Source: a virus. From it: a stretch of 64,000 bases of DNA. The position numbers were made by a program, and so were the translations under genes. The notes under the pieces are model-generated. The model saw only the letters and a program-made list of their open reading frames with translations. It was not told the origin of the DNA and did no database searches. Shown here one piece after another: positions 45,879 through 53,881 of this stretch (within the stretch, counting starts at the first letter, position 1; each line of letters begins with the position of its first letter). The stretch covers positions 64,001 through 128,000 of IMG/VR virus record IMGVR_UViG_3300023174_000058; one strand, 5' to 3'.

Positions 45879-48070
45879 TGAGTAAAAAAGGCAAAAGAGC
45901 AATTTATATTAATTCAAATATATTTGCTCAAAATGTAAAACCAGAAAACTTTAATAAAGATTCGGCTGGATCGCAGATCCCTGATCCAATCCGTTATTAT
46001 TCTGGTAATTTTTGGACATTTAAGAATAACAATCTTACAAAAACAGACGTTGCTCCACTTTTCAATATCGCCAAAGAAAATTTTAGTCCTGACACAATCA
46101 CGCTAACTGTTGATCAAAGCAAATTTTATGAAGACACTTTTGAAAACGGCATACTTATAAAAAAATTTAATAAATCAAGTTGGTTAGATTTTATTGAACA
46201 AACCGTTCCAGCGCAAGAGCAAATATTTGAAGACTACTATGTAAATTTTGCAGAACCTATAAATATAGCAGAAAGTGGGCAAATTGCGGAAGGTGATATA
46301 AGTTTTTTAAATAGAGAATTTATATTTAATTTTTATTCTCCTTCTTACGAAGCTCTTCTATCCGACCAAACTTTTGATGTAACAATTTTACCAACAGTAT
46401 ATAACGTATTAAGAAACAATCAGGTCGATATAAGAACTGAGGAAGAAAATCTAATCTTATCTCTTGGTGGGTTTATAGAATCAAATTACGTTGATTCACT
46501 CACTACATCTAATAAAACAAACGATTTATTAAAAGAATATTTTAATCAATACGCAGAAACTTTTGTCCTACCAGACGTTGCACCTGTAAAAAAGCGCATA
46601 AGACAAACAAATTCAATTATTAATTTAAATACAGAAACATTATCACTAGTAAAAAAATTAAACAATAAATATGTTCCGTTTCCATTTTATATGCAGACAG
46701 AATTTAGTAATCTAGCTTCAGAATATAACAATCTAATTCATGTTTTAGATGATTTTGAAGGAACAAAAGACAATCTACTTTCATATATACAAAATCAATT
46801 CAGCATTAAAACAAAAAATTTTTTGTACAGTAGCGATGATGTTACACCAACAGAATTACAATTACAAGAGTTAGATATTAAAACTTGGATAGACAGTAAT
46901 ATAGCAAGAACCACAGCGACTGACGTTAATATCACTCCATCTGTTGCTATATCATTTAGCCAATTAATCGATTATCTTAAAGATAATATAAAAATAAAAA
47001 ATCGTAAATATGAAAATTTTGTAAAAGAATCATGCTTCTACGATGTTCTTTTTTATAAAATTGAAAAAAGGCAATTTAACTACAATAAACAAAATAAACC
47101 AATAAATACGTACTTTGTAACTCCAGATAAAGGTGATTTAATAAAGTTTATCGATACTCAAATAAAGTATGGGGTAGATTATTACTATACAATCACCGCC
47201 TATACAATGGTTATCGGTTCAGAATATAATTATACGCCATATTATAACGAAACAAACAAGCTAGAAAAGCAAAGGGATATAGAAAAAGGTAAATACAAAC
47301 TAAATGTAACTGCTAAACCAGCGTATAAAATACTTGAAATCCCATTTGCCAAATTCACAGGTGCAGTACATGAAAAACCATACACAAAACCTGTTATGAG
47401 CGTTTCACAGTTAGAAAATGAATTATTCTTTAGACTATTAGATTCGGATTTACAAAGCTCAGAAGAGTTTGAGATTGTTGAAAATAATGATTTTAAGTTA
47501 TTTGAAAATATAAGACTCTCTCAAGATAACGAAAATCCAAATGAAATTGTTTCTTCTATCAATAATAATGCTAATGTAAGATTACAAATTTACAAAACAA
47601 CAAATTATCCAACAAATTATTTATCTTTCCAAAATAAATTATATAAAACACTAATATTAGAAAATAACAATAAAAGCTTTATAGATACAATCCTAGACAA
47701 TACAAAATATTATTATATGTTCCGTTTTTTAAACGAGCATAATGTGCCTTCTAATGTTTCAAAAATTATAGAAGTTAAATTAATAAATGAAGAAGGCTAT
47801 TATTACTTAGAAACAAAAGACATAGATGTTAAGACGCCATATCCTAAGAAGAATTTTAAGGCTATGAAAAGATATCTTCTTGTTAGGCCAAGCGTTTTAC
47901 AAGTTCAGCCACATTTCGATAAAGACATAAAAACAATAGATGATGTTTATTTAGGAACAAATCAGCAAAATGTATGGGACAAACCGTTTGTTCTTAAAAT
48001 AACATCAAATAAAACAAATAGAGTTTTAAAATTTAACTTTACGGCAACATTAGATAAGAAAAAAGAATAA
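45878..48070 (+). CDS. Hypothetical virion protein with FN3-like segments
   Basis: FIDTQIKYGVDYYYTITA and FIDTILDNTKYYYMFR are FN3-like strands. Confidence 0.65.
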   Translation: MSKKGKRAIYINSNIFAQNVKPENFNKDSAGSQIPDPIRYYSGNFWTFKNNNLTKTDVAPLFNIAKENFSPDTITLTVDQSKFYEDTFENGILIKKFNKSSWLDFIEQTVPAQEQIFEDYYVNFAEPINIAESGQIAEGDISFLNREFIFNFYSPSYEALLSDQTFDVTILPTVYNVLRNNQVDIRTEEENLILSLGGFIESNYVDSLTTSNKTNDLLKEYFNQYAETFVLPDVAPVKKRIRQTNSIINLNTETLSLVKKLNNKYVPFPFYMQTEFSNLASEYNNLIHVLDDFEGTKDNLLSYIQNQFSIKTKNFLYSSDDVTPTELQLQELDIKTWIDSNIARTTATDVNITPSVAISFSQLIDYLKDNIKIKNRKYENFVKESCFYDVLFYKIEKRQFNYNKQNKPINTYFVTPDKGDLIKFIDTQIKYGVDYYYTITAYTMVIGSEYNYTPYYNETNKLEKQRDIEKGKYKLNVTAKPAYKILEIPFAKFTGAVHEKPYTKPVMSVSQLENELFFRLLDSDLQSSEEFEIVENNDFKLFENIRLSQDNENPNEIVSSINNNANVRLQIYKTTNYPTNYLSFQNKLYKTLILENNNKSFIDTILDNTKYYYMFRFLNEHNVPSNVSKIIEVKLINEEGYYYLETKDIDVKTPYPKKNFKAMKRYLLVRPSVLQVQPHFDKDIKTIDDVYLGTNQQNVWDKPFVLKITSNKTNRVLKFNFTATLDKKKE

Positions 48071-48076
48071 AACGAC

Positions 48077-48084
48077 CTAATTAT
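48077..48084 (+). promoter_or_regulatory. Putative late promoter motif CTAATTAT
   Basis: Recurring motif, here upstream of a GAGG RBS. Confidence 0.6.
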
Positions 48085-48105
48085 AAACAGTAAAGAGGAT
48101 AAATT

Positions 48106-49032
48106 ATGGCATCATTTCTAAATAATAGCGGCGATATCATCTTAGATGCCGTTTTAACAGATTACGGTAGACAACTATTAGCCAAAGGCGATGGTTCTTT
48201 TAACATAACAAAGTTTGCTTTTGGTGATGATGAAATCGATTATTCATTATGGGATGCAAATCAAACTACGGCCCTTAAAGATGTAGAGATACTAGGAACC
48301 CCAATTCTTGAAGCTTTTACAAATAATGCTGCTTCTATGAAAAGTAAGTTACTAACACTTAATATTGAAAATCTTTTATACCTCCCAATTCTTAAATTAA
48401 ATACAAATATCTTTAATACATCAAGTTTTAATTCTCAATTTACTGGTTTTGTTGTCCCAATCGATGACTCAAACAATACTACTACAACATCATTTACGCC
48501 AACAAATTCAGTTTATTTAACTGAGGGTCTAGTTAATTACAGCAATCTATTAACGATAGACCAAGGTATTGATTCAAGCGATACCGACAACAGAAAAAGC
48601 CTTGAGCAAGAAATTCCAGAGTTATATGAAAAAGAATATAACATTATTATGGATAATAGATTAGGTACTTTAGCATCTTCTATAAATGGCACACCAGAGA
48701 CGCCAGTAAGCATAGACGACGATAATATGGCAACATATAAAGTTTCTCTAACAAGCGCTGGCGGGTTTGTAACAAAAATCCCTGCAAACGGAACAAGCCC
48801 AACACAAAATGCAATTATAAATGGTTATCAAGGCACAAGACTACAATTTACTGTGTTACCAACAAGAACAGTTGAAAATAACAATATACTCGATAGATTG
48901 GGTGAACAGTTACAAATTAATCCAATTGACCCAACTGCTTATTATAGAACTGTTCGTACATCAGTCACAGTAGTCGGTATAACAACTGGTTATTCAGTAG
49001 AAATACCTGTTTTATTTGCTAAAAAAGTTTAA
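48106..49032 (+). CDS. Baseplate/tail structural protein
   Basis: ILDAVLTDYGRQLLAKG...ITKFAFGDDEIDY resembles a tail-fibre attachment-type N-terminus. Confidence 0.7.
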   Translation: MASFLNNSGDIILDAVLTDYGRQLLAKGDGSFNITKFAFGDDEIDYSLWDANQTTALKDVEILGTPILEAFTNNAASMKSKLLTLNIENLLYLPILKLNTNIFNTSSFNSQFTGFVVPIDDSNNTTTTSFTPTNSVYLTEGLVNYSNLLTIDQGIDSSDTDNRKSLEQEIPELYEKEYNIIMDNRLGTLASSINGTPETPVSIDDDNMATYKVSLTSAGGFVTKIPANGTSPTQNAIINGYQGTRLQFTVLPTRTVENNNILDRLGEQLQINPIDPTAYYRTVRTSVTVVGITTGYSVEIPVLFAKKV

Positions 49033-49044
49033 TAGGAATATAAT

Positions 49045-50115
49045 ATGGCATCTTCATATAAATATCTTGGCACCAATGACCGTGTTGTTTCAACAACAAA
49101 TTTAACTGAGCAAGTAACAGAAGCGCAAGGATCCGCATGGTCTGCAACTGGCTTACCAGTGAGCTCTCCTGTTTTTGTTAAATATGCTTCCAGCAGTTTA
49201 AATGTATTTGACGTAACAATTGGTAGAAGCAGCGAAACAACAAGCTCAAATTCAACAACGTTAGCAAGAGAACAGGCAAACTATAACCAAATGGCAAAAG
49301 TGCTCCTTGGACACGATGCTAGCGGACAGATACTAAAGTTTAGCCTTGATGCCGATGCTAGCATCTCAAACAATATTTTGCACAATGCTATATTCCTAAA
49401 TTTCGCAAGAACGCAATTTAAAGATAAAATTAAAAGCGGCACATTTAAAATTTTAGTAAATGTAAGCGGTGCATCAGATGTATATCTTTCTGATACAAGC
49501 GGAACGGTTGGTCCAACTGTCAGAGAAGCGCAAACTGGGGAAGTTGGTCTTCTTTATGTAAGCGGTGCGGCTACAACTTCTGGCCTTACTTCATCACTAA
49601 ATGTTACTGGTGGGCTTGTATTTTATGAAGCCGGTATAGCAGTTATATCTCCTTATATCTTTTCTAAATATGGAATTAATGCGCCTCCCTCTTCTTCAAA
49701 TGATACTTTTGATACAAATTCAAGCGGAATATTAACTAATATTGGATATTTTAGTGGCAGTACTACGGTCGGTGCCACATTCGTAAGCAGCAGTACCCCA
49801 ATTTCTGCTTCCGCTTACGGTTTCAGTAGTAATCTATTAACTGCCAGCTTCCAAGCAGTAACAGAACTAAATTCAACTGTTTATTTCTGCCGTGCATTTA
49901 ATAATGAGTTTAACTATTCATCAAACCCAACCTATCTTAGCAGCAGCCAAATAATTGTCAAAGAAGGTGATCCAATGAACCAACCTGTTTCATATATAAC
50001 AAGCGTTGGTTTATATGATGACAATAACCAGCTCTTAGCGGTGGCTAAGTTATCAGAACCAATCAAGAAAACCCCAGATACAGAATTAATCGCGAGAGTT
50101 CGTCTGGACTTCTAA
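49045..50115 (+). CDS. Virion structural protein
   Basis: C-terminal FNYSSNPTY...YITSVGLYDDNNQLLAVAKLSEPIKK, shared with the ORF at 50381. Confidence 0.7.
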   Translation: MASSYKYLGTNDRVVSTTNLTEQVTEAQGSAWSATGLPVSSPVFVKYASSSLNVFDVTIGRSSETTSSNSTTLAREQANYNQMAKVLLGHDASGQILKFSLDADASISNNILHNAIFLNFARTQFKDKIKSGTFKILVNVSGASDVYLSDTSGTVGPTVREAQTGEVGLLYVSGAATTSGLTSSLNVTGGLVFYEAGIAVISPYIFSKYGINAPPSSSNDTFDTNSSGILTNIGYFSGSTTVGATFVSSSTPISASAYGFSSNLLTASFQAVTELNSTVYFCRAFNNEFNYSSNPTYLSSSQIIVKEGDPMNQPVSYITSVGLYDDNNQLLAVAKLSEPIKKTPDTELIARVRLDF

Positions 50116-50116
50116 A

Positions 50117-50302
50117 ATGAAAAACATTAACGCAACAATAAAAAATGCAGCAAAAAATACAAATACAATAAAGTTTAATAAATGGAAAGGGGTAGTCAAT
50201 GGTAACATTTTTGATCCCACTCCTTATCCAACCGCTGCTGGCTGTGAAATACAACTAGATTTTAGCTGCGAAGACAATAGCCAATATATTGGGGTTGTTT
50301 AA
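50117..50302 (+). CDS. Small hypothetical protein
   Basis: TAAAATG-coupled and followed by a terminator. Confidence 0.55.
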   Translation: MKNINATIKNAAKNTNTIKFNKWKGVVNGNIFDPTPYPTAAGCEIQLDFSCEDNSQYIGVV

Positions 50303-50319
50303 AAAGAAATAAAATATAG

Positions 50320-50350
50320 TAAGCGGTGCCCACAAAGCACCGCTTATTTT
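50320..50350 (+). terminator. Rho-independent terminator
   Basis: TAAGCGGTGC-ccacaaa-GCACCGCTTA followed by TTTTATTTT. Confidence 0.85.
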
Positions 50351-50380
50351 ATTTTGTGAAAACTATATATTATTAGATAA

Positions 50381-51286
50381 ATGCCAAATTATATAATATA
50401 TAAAGACTCTTCTCGCGCAAGACCGCGAAACGTCTCAGAAGAAGCGTATAATTCAGCCAGCTATGGCACAGAATATGTGTATTCTCCAAATGATTCACGA
50501 TTTGATGCTTACTATTTTAGCAGTAGCGCACAATTTGCAAGCGAAGATCATAAAAAAATAAGATCATTAAAAAATATCGTAAATAGACATTCTGCTTACG
50601 ACGATATCTATAACATAAATAACTTTTATAATACAACCTCAAGTTTGTTAACAATAAATTCTTATTATTTGGGCTCCGGGATACAACCGGGGACAGTTCA
50701 ACTAACATTTTATTTTTCAGGTTCAATTTTAGATAGAGCCATTGATTCAAAAGAAAACGGTGTTTTATCAAGCAGTTTAAATGGTAAAGTAGGAATTGTT
50801 CTTTACAAAGAGGGCGTTATTCTATTAAACAATACTTCCTCTCTTACCGGCGTTTCTGTTAGCGTCAATAATTCAATTGATTATCCAAGGTGGACAAACT
50901 TTTTTGCTAATGATTCTCAAGACGACGACGGTCTATATTCAGATGTAGAATTCGCATATAACGAATCAGTACCAACAGCAATTTGGTATGCTTCAGCCGA
51001 TAAATATGATTTAAATCATTCAAATAATGAAACTTATATTCAATCTGGGAGCTATTCGTACGTAACAAACTCATTGGCATATTTTGAAAACAAAAAAATG
51101 GCAATAAAAAATGTAGTAAAATCGCCATTTACTAGTGGTTCTGCTCAATTTGAAAAAGAAACCTATATAACAAAAATAGGTTTATATGATAAAGATAAAA
51201 AATTAATTGGAATTGCGTCTTTATCAAACCCAGTTAGAAAAACCGAAAATAGAGAGTTTATTTTTAAATTAAAATTAGATTTATAA
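50381..51286 (+). CDS. Virion structural protein (paralog of the ORF at 49045)
   Basis: VGIVLYKEGVILL, LNHSNN, YITKIGLYDKDKKLIGIASLSNPVRK...KLDL. Confidence 0.7.
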   Translation: MPNYIIYKDSSRARPRNVSEEAYNSASYGTEYVYSPNDSRFDAYYFSSSAQFASEDHKKIRSLKNIVNRHSAYDDIYNINNFYNTTSSLLTINSYYLGSGIQPGTVQLTFYFSGSILDRAIDSKENGVLSSSLNGKVGIVLYKEGVILLNNTSSLTGVSVSVNNSIDYPRWTNFFANDSQDDDGLYSDVEFAYNESVPTAIWYASADKYDLNHSNNETYIQSGSYSYVTNSLAYFENKKMAIKNVVKSPFTSGSAQFEKETYITKIGLYDKDKKLIGIASLSNPVRKTENREFIFKLKLDL

Positions 51287-51287
51287 A

Positions 51288-52370
51288 ATGGATAAAAAAG
51301 AACCTTTAATAGATTTAACTTATGCGTCATCCATAGAAAATGTTGATTTTGCTATCTACGATTGGTTAGATAGACAATTAAATTTATCTTGCGATACAAA
51401 AGATGGTTTTAAAAAAGTTCCAGTTATCTGGGTAACACCTGAAAGAGCTTTTCAAATTAAACAAAATAAAGAATTTAGAGATATTAATGGAACAATAAAC
51501 CCGCCGTTAATGACGATTGAAAGAACAAATATTTTAAAAGATGTTAGAAATAACGGAACATATTATACAAACCTACCACCGAAAGACAATAGGCAGATAA
51601 TTTCAAGAAGAATAAATCAAAAGAAGACTTCTGAATTTGCTAATGCTGATTATCAAAAGCAATACGGTTATGTACAGTTTGCTAGACCGCGTAAAAATGA
51701 AAAAGTAGTATATGAATTTAAAAGCATGTTATTGCCTGTGTATGCAACTTTTACATACAACATTAATGTATTTACACAGTTTCAACAGCAAATGAATGAA
51801 ATATTACAGCCATTCCTCGCAAAAACTGGCAGTACAAGATATTTCTTGGTTGAACGAGATGGCTACAAATACGAATGCTTTATTGAAGGAAATATAGATA
51901 ACAAAAATAATATAGCTTCTATGGAAGAAGAAGAGCGTAGATATATTTCTACTATTACTATAAAAGTATTAGCGAATCTTATTTCAGATGGGAAAAATCA
52001 AGAAGATACCATTATTAAAACATTTGAAAATGCGGTTGAGCTAAAAATACCAAGAGAGTCATTAATAATCGCAAAAGAGGAGCTTAAAGCCCCTAAAGAA
52101 ATAACTAAACCATTATCAGCAAATAGCGCACAATTAGTAACTTCAAATGTAGCAATTAAGAAAGTATTTACAATTGGTAATGGAATTGATTCTATTTATC
52201 AAGTTAATCACAATTTAGCTAGCAGGGATTTATATGTAATTGTAAGAGAAAATTTTGATGGTTATTCGACCGTTGAAGTTGCTATAGACTATACAGACTT
52301 AAATCATATAGATATAGACATGGGCGATGTAATTAATACTGATTCATATGTTGTTACAATAATCGGTTAG
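51288..52370 (+). CDS. Tail completion/terminator protein (T4 gp15-like) with an extra C-terminal beta domain
   Basis: KVPVIWVTPER, PLMTIER, PV...Y...FT...QMNEILQ. The C-terminal module is IGNG...VNHNL...YVVTIIG. Confidence 0.65.
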   Translation: MDKKEPLIDLTYASSIENVDFAIYDWLDRQLNLSCDTKDGFKKVPVIWVTPERAFQIKQNKEFRDINGTINPPLMTIERTNILKDVRNNGTYYTNLPPKDNRQIISRRINQKKTSEFANADYQKQYGYVQFARPRKNEKVVYEFKSMLLPVYATFTYNINVFTQFQQQMNEILQPFLAKTGSTRYFLVERDGYKYECFIEGNIDNKNNIASMEEEERRYISTITIKVLANLISDGKNQEDTIIKTFENAVELKIPRESLIIAKEELKAPKEITKPLSANSAQLVTSNVAIKKVFTIGNGIDSIYQVNHNLASRDLYVIVRENFDGYSTVEVAIDYTDLNHIDIDMGDVINTDSYVVTIIG

Positions 52371-52384
52371 TATAATTTATATAA

Positions 52385-52392
52385 CTATTTAT
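52385..52392 (+). promoter_or_regulatory. Putative late promoter motif CTATTTAT
   Basis: Recurring motif, here upstream of a GAGG RBS. Confidence 0.6.
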
Positions 52393-52409
52393 AGGTTAGA
52401 GGAAATAAA

Positions 52410-53291
52410 ATGTCATTACCAGTAAAAGATGGAAATGGTTCGCTAACAGCACTAAAAACTACACTATCAGCCTCAGAACATCTACCACATCACATCGTAC
52501 AATCAGTCGCTAGTACGGTTTCTGTTACTGGTACTATTGGAGTAGGTAATTCATTAACGATTGGCACAATTTCTGATACTGTACAGCTAGAGGTAGATAA
52601 CTACTCTTATCCGGGTGGGACTTACGGTGCTTTAGTGACTAAAATAACAGCTTCAAGCGGAGATCCCGTACATGTTTCGGCTTCTAAGAGCAATCCAGTT
52701 TTCGTTGTTTCCGATAGTGATAAGCCAGTTTATGTATATAGCGAAGACGGTAAACCAGTTTTCGTTACAAGCTCAGAAGGTCGTGTTGTTTTCGTTTCAG
52801 CTTCAGCAAACAGCCCAGTTTCAGTTACTTCAAGCGCGAATAAGCCAATTTATGTTACAAATGATTCATATTATCCTGTTTATGTTACATCTTCAGAATC
52901 TTATCCTGTAACAACTAAAGAAAAGTTACCAAGCTTAATAGTAAGAGCCAATTTTTCAACTTTTGCTGGTACTATCAACTGGGCTGCAACCGGTTCTTCA
53001 AACATTAGCGGAACATTTATTTTAGCAGATTCTTCTTCTACTAGAAGGGGTCTTATGTTTGCCAACAACACAAACAAAGATTTGTATATTGCACTTGGGA
53101 ATACTGATTTTGCAAGTACGAATGGGTTTTTATTATCAAATACGGCTTCTGCCCCAATAGCCTATTCTTTTGTTCTTTATCCATCTGGGACGTATTTTGC
53201 AGAGCCATCTTTTGCTGGAATAAAGCATAGTGGTTTCTTTGTTAGCTCATCTAACATAGATGTTCAAGTCAACGTATTTAAAACAGAGTAA
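52410..53291 (+). CDS. Fibre/spike-like structural protein with 10-aa repeats
   Basis: About nine tandem copies of P-V-(Y/F/H/S)-V-x-(S/A)-(S/D)-x-x-x. Confidence 0.7.
   Translation: MSLPVKDGNGSLTALKTTLSASEHLPHHIVQSVASTVSVTGTIGVGNSLTIGTISDTVQLEVDNYSYPGGTYGALVTKITASSGDPVHVSASKSNPVFVVSDSDKPVYVYSEDGKPVFVTSSEGRVVFVSASANSPVSVTSSANKPIYVTNDSYYPVYVTSSESYPVTTKEKLPSLIVRANFSTFAGTINWAATGSSNISGTFILADSSSTRRGLMFANNTNKDLYIALGNTDFASTNGFLLSNTASAPIAYSFVLYPSGTYFAEPSFAGIKHSGFFVSSSNIDVQVNVFKTE
52660..52915 (+). repeat. Degenerate 30-nt coding tandem repeat
   Basis: CCAGTTT(T/A)(C/T)GT recurs at 30-nt spacing. Confidence 0.8.
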
Positions 53292-53295
53292 AAAA

Positions 53296-53766
53296 ATGTC
53301 AATTTCATATCCAATCCCATCAGGCGGCGGCGGCACAGTAATTATAAGTCAACGCGCACAATATGCAATCCCCGCAACAATTAATACTAACTTTCCGATA
53401 GTAGTAAGCGGAGCTACTACTCCAACAGAGATAGCTACAATTTTTGTTCCTCCTACTTATCTTTACCAAATGTCCGGTAGCTACAATCTTATAGCTATTG
53501 GGTATATTACTGGCGCTTCTGGCATAACAGGCTCGCTTGAAATTACTTCATATGATACACATAACGTTTTTTTAACAGAATATGCTCCACTTGGCGATAA
53601 TTCTGCTATGGCTCTTAGGTTCACGGGCAGCTCAGATTATTTTACTTTAAACTATCCACTTAACATTGGGGCTGATTACGGAGCATCCCTCCCAGTAATG
53701 TTTTCTGGTTCTGTTTCAAACTACACGGCAAGCATTTATGGCTTTTATTTAAGCCCAACCGTATAG
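53296..53766 (+). CDS. Hypothetical beta-rich structural protein
   Basis: ATG at 53296 (MSISYPIPSGGGG...) follows the upstream stop codon. Confidence 0.65.
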   Translation: MSISYPIPSGGGGTVIISQRAQYAIPATINTNFPIVVSGATTPTEIATIFVPPTYLYQMSGSYNLIAIGYITGASGITGSLEITSYDTHNVFLTEYAPLGDNSAMALRFTGSSDYFTLNYPLNIGADYGASLPVMFSGSVSNYTASIYGFYLSPTV

Positions 53767-53802
53767 TATATCATATCATTGGGAATAATTTAAATTTTAA
53801 TA

Positions 53803-53875
53803 CTAATTATTATAACGCTGGTAATTTGCGTAAGCAAGTTCTGGCGTTTATTATTGCCTATTGGCAGGAGGATAA
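53803..53875 (+). promoter_or_regulatory. Late promoter motif, structured 5' leader and strong RBS
   Basis: CTAATTAT; hairpin AACGCTGG-t-AATTTGC-GTAA-GCAAGTT-CTGGCGTT; TGCC-tatt-GGCA; GGAGGA. Confidence 0.65.
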
Positions 53876-53881
53876 CCATTT

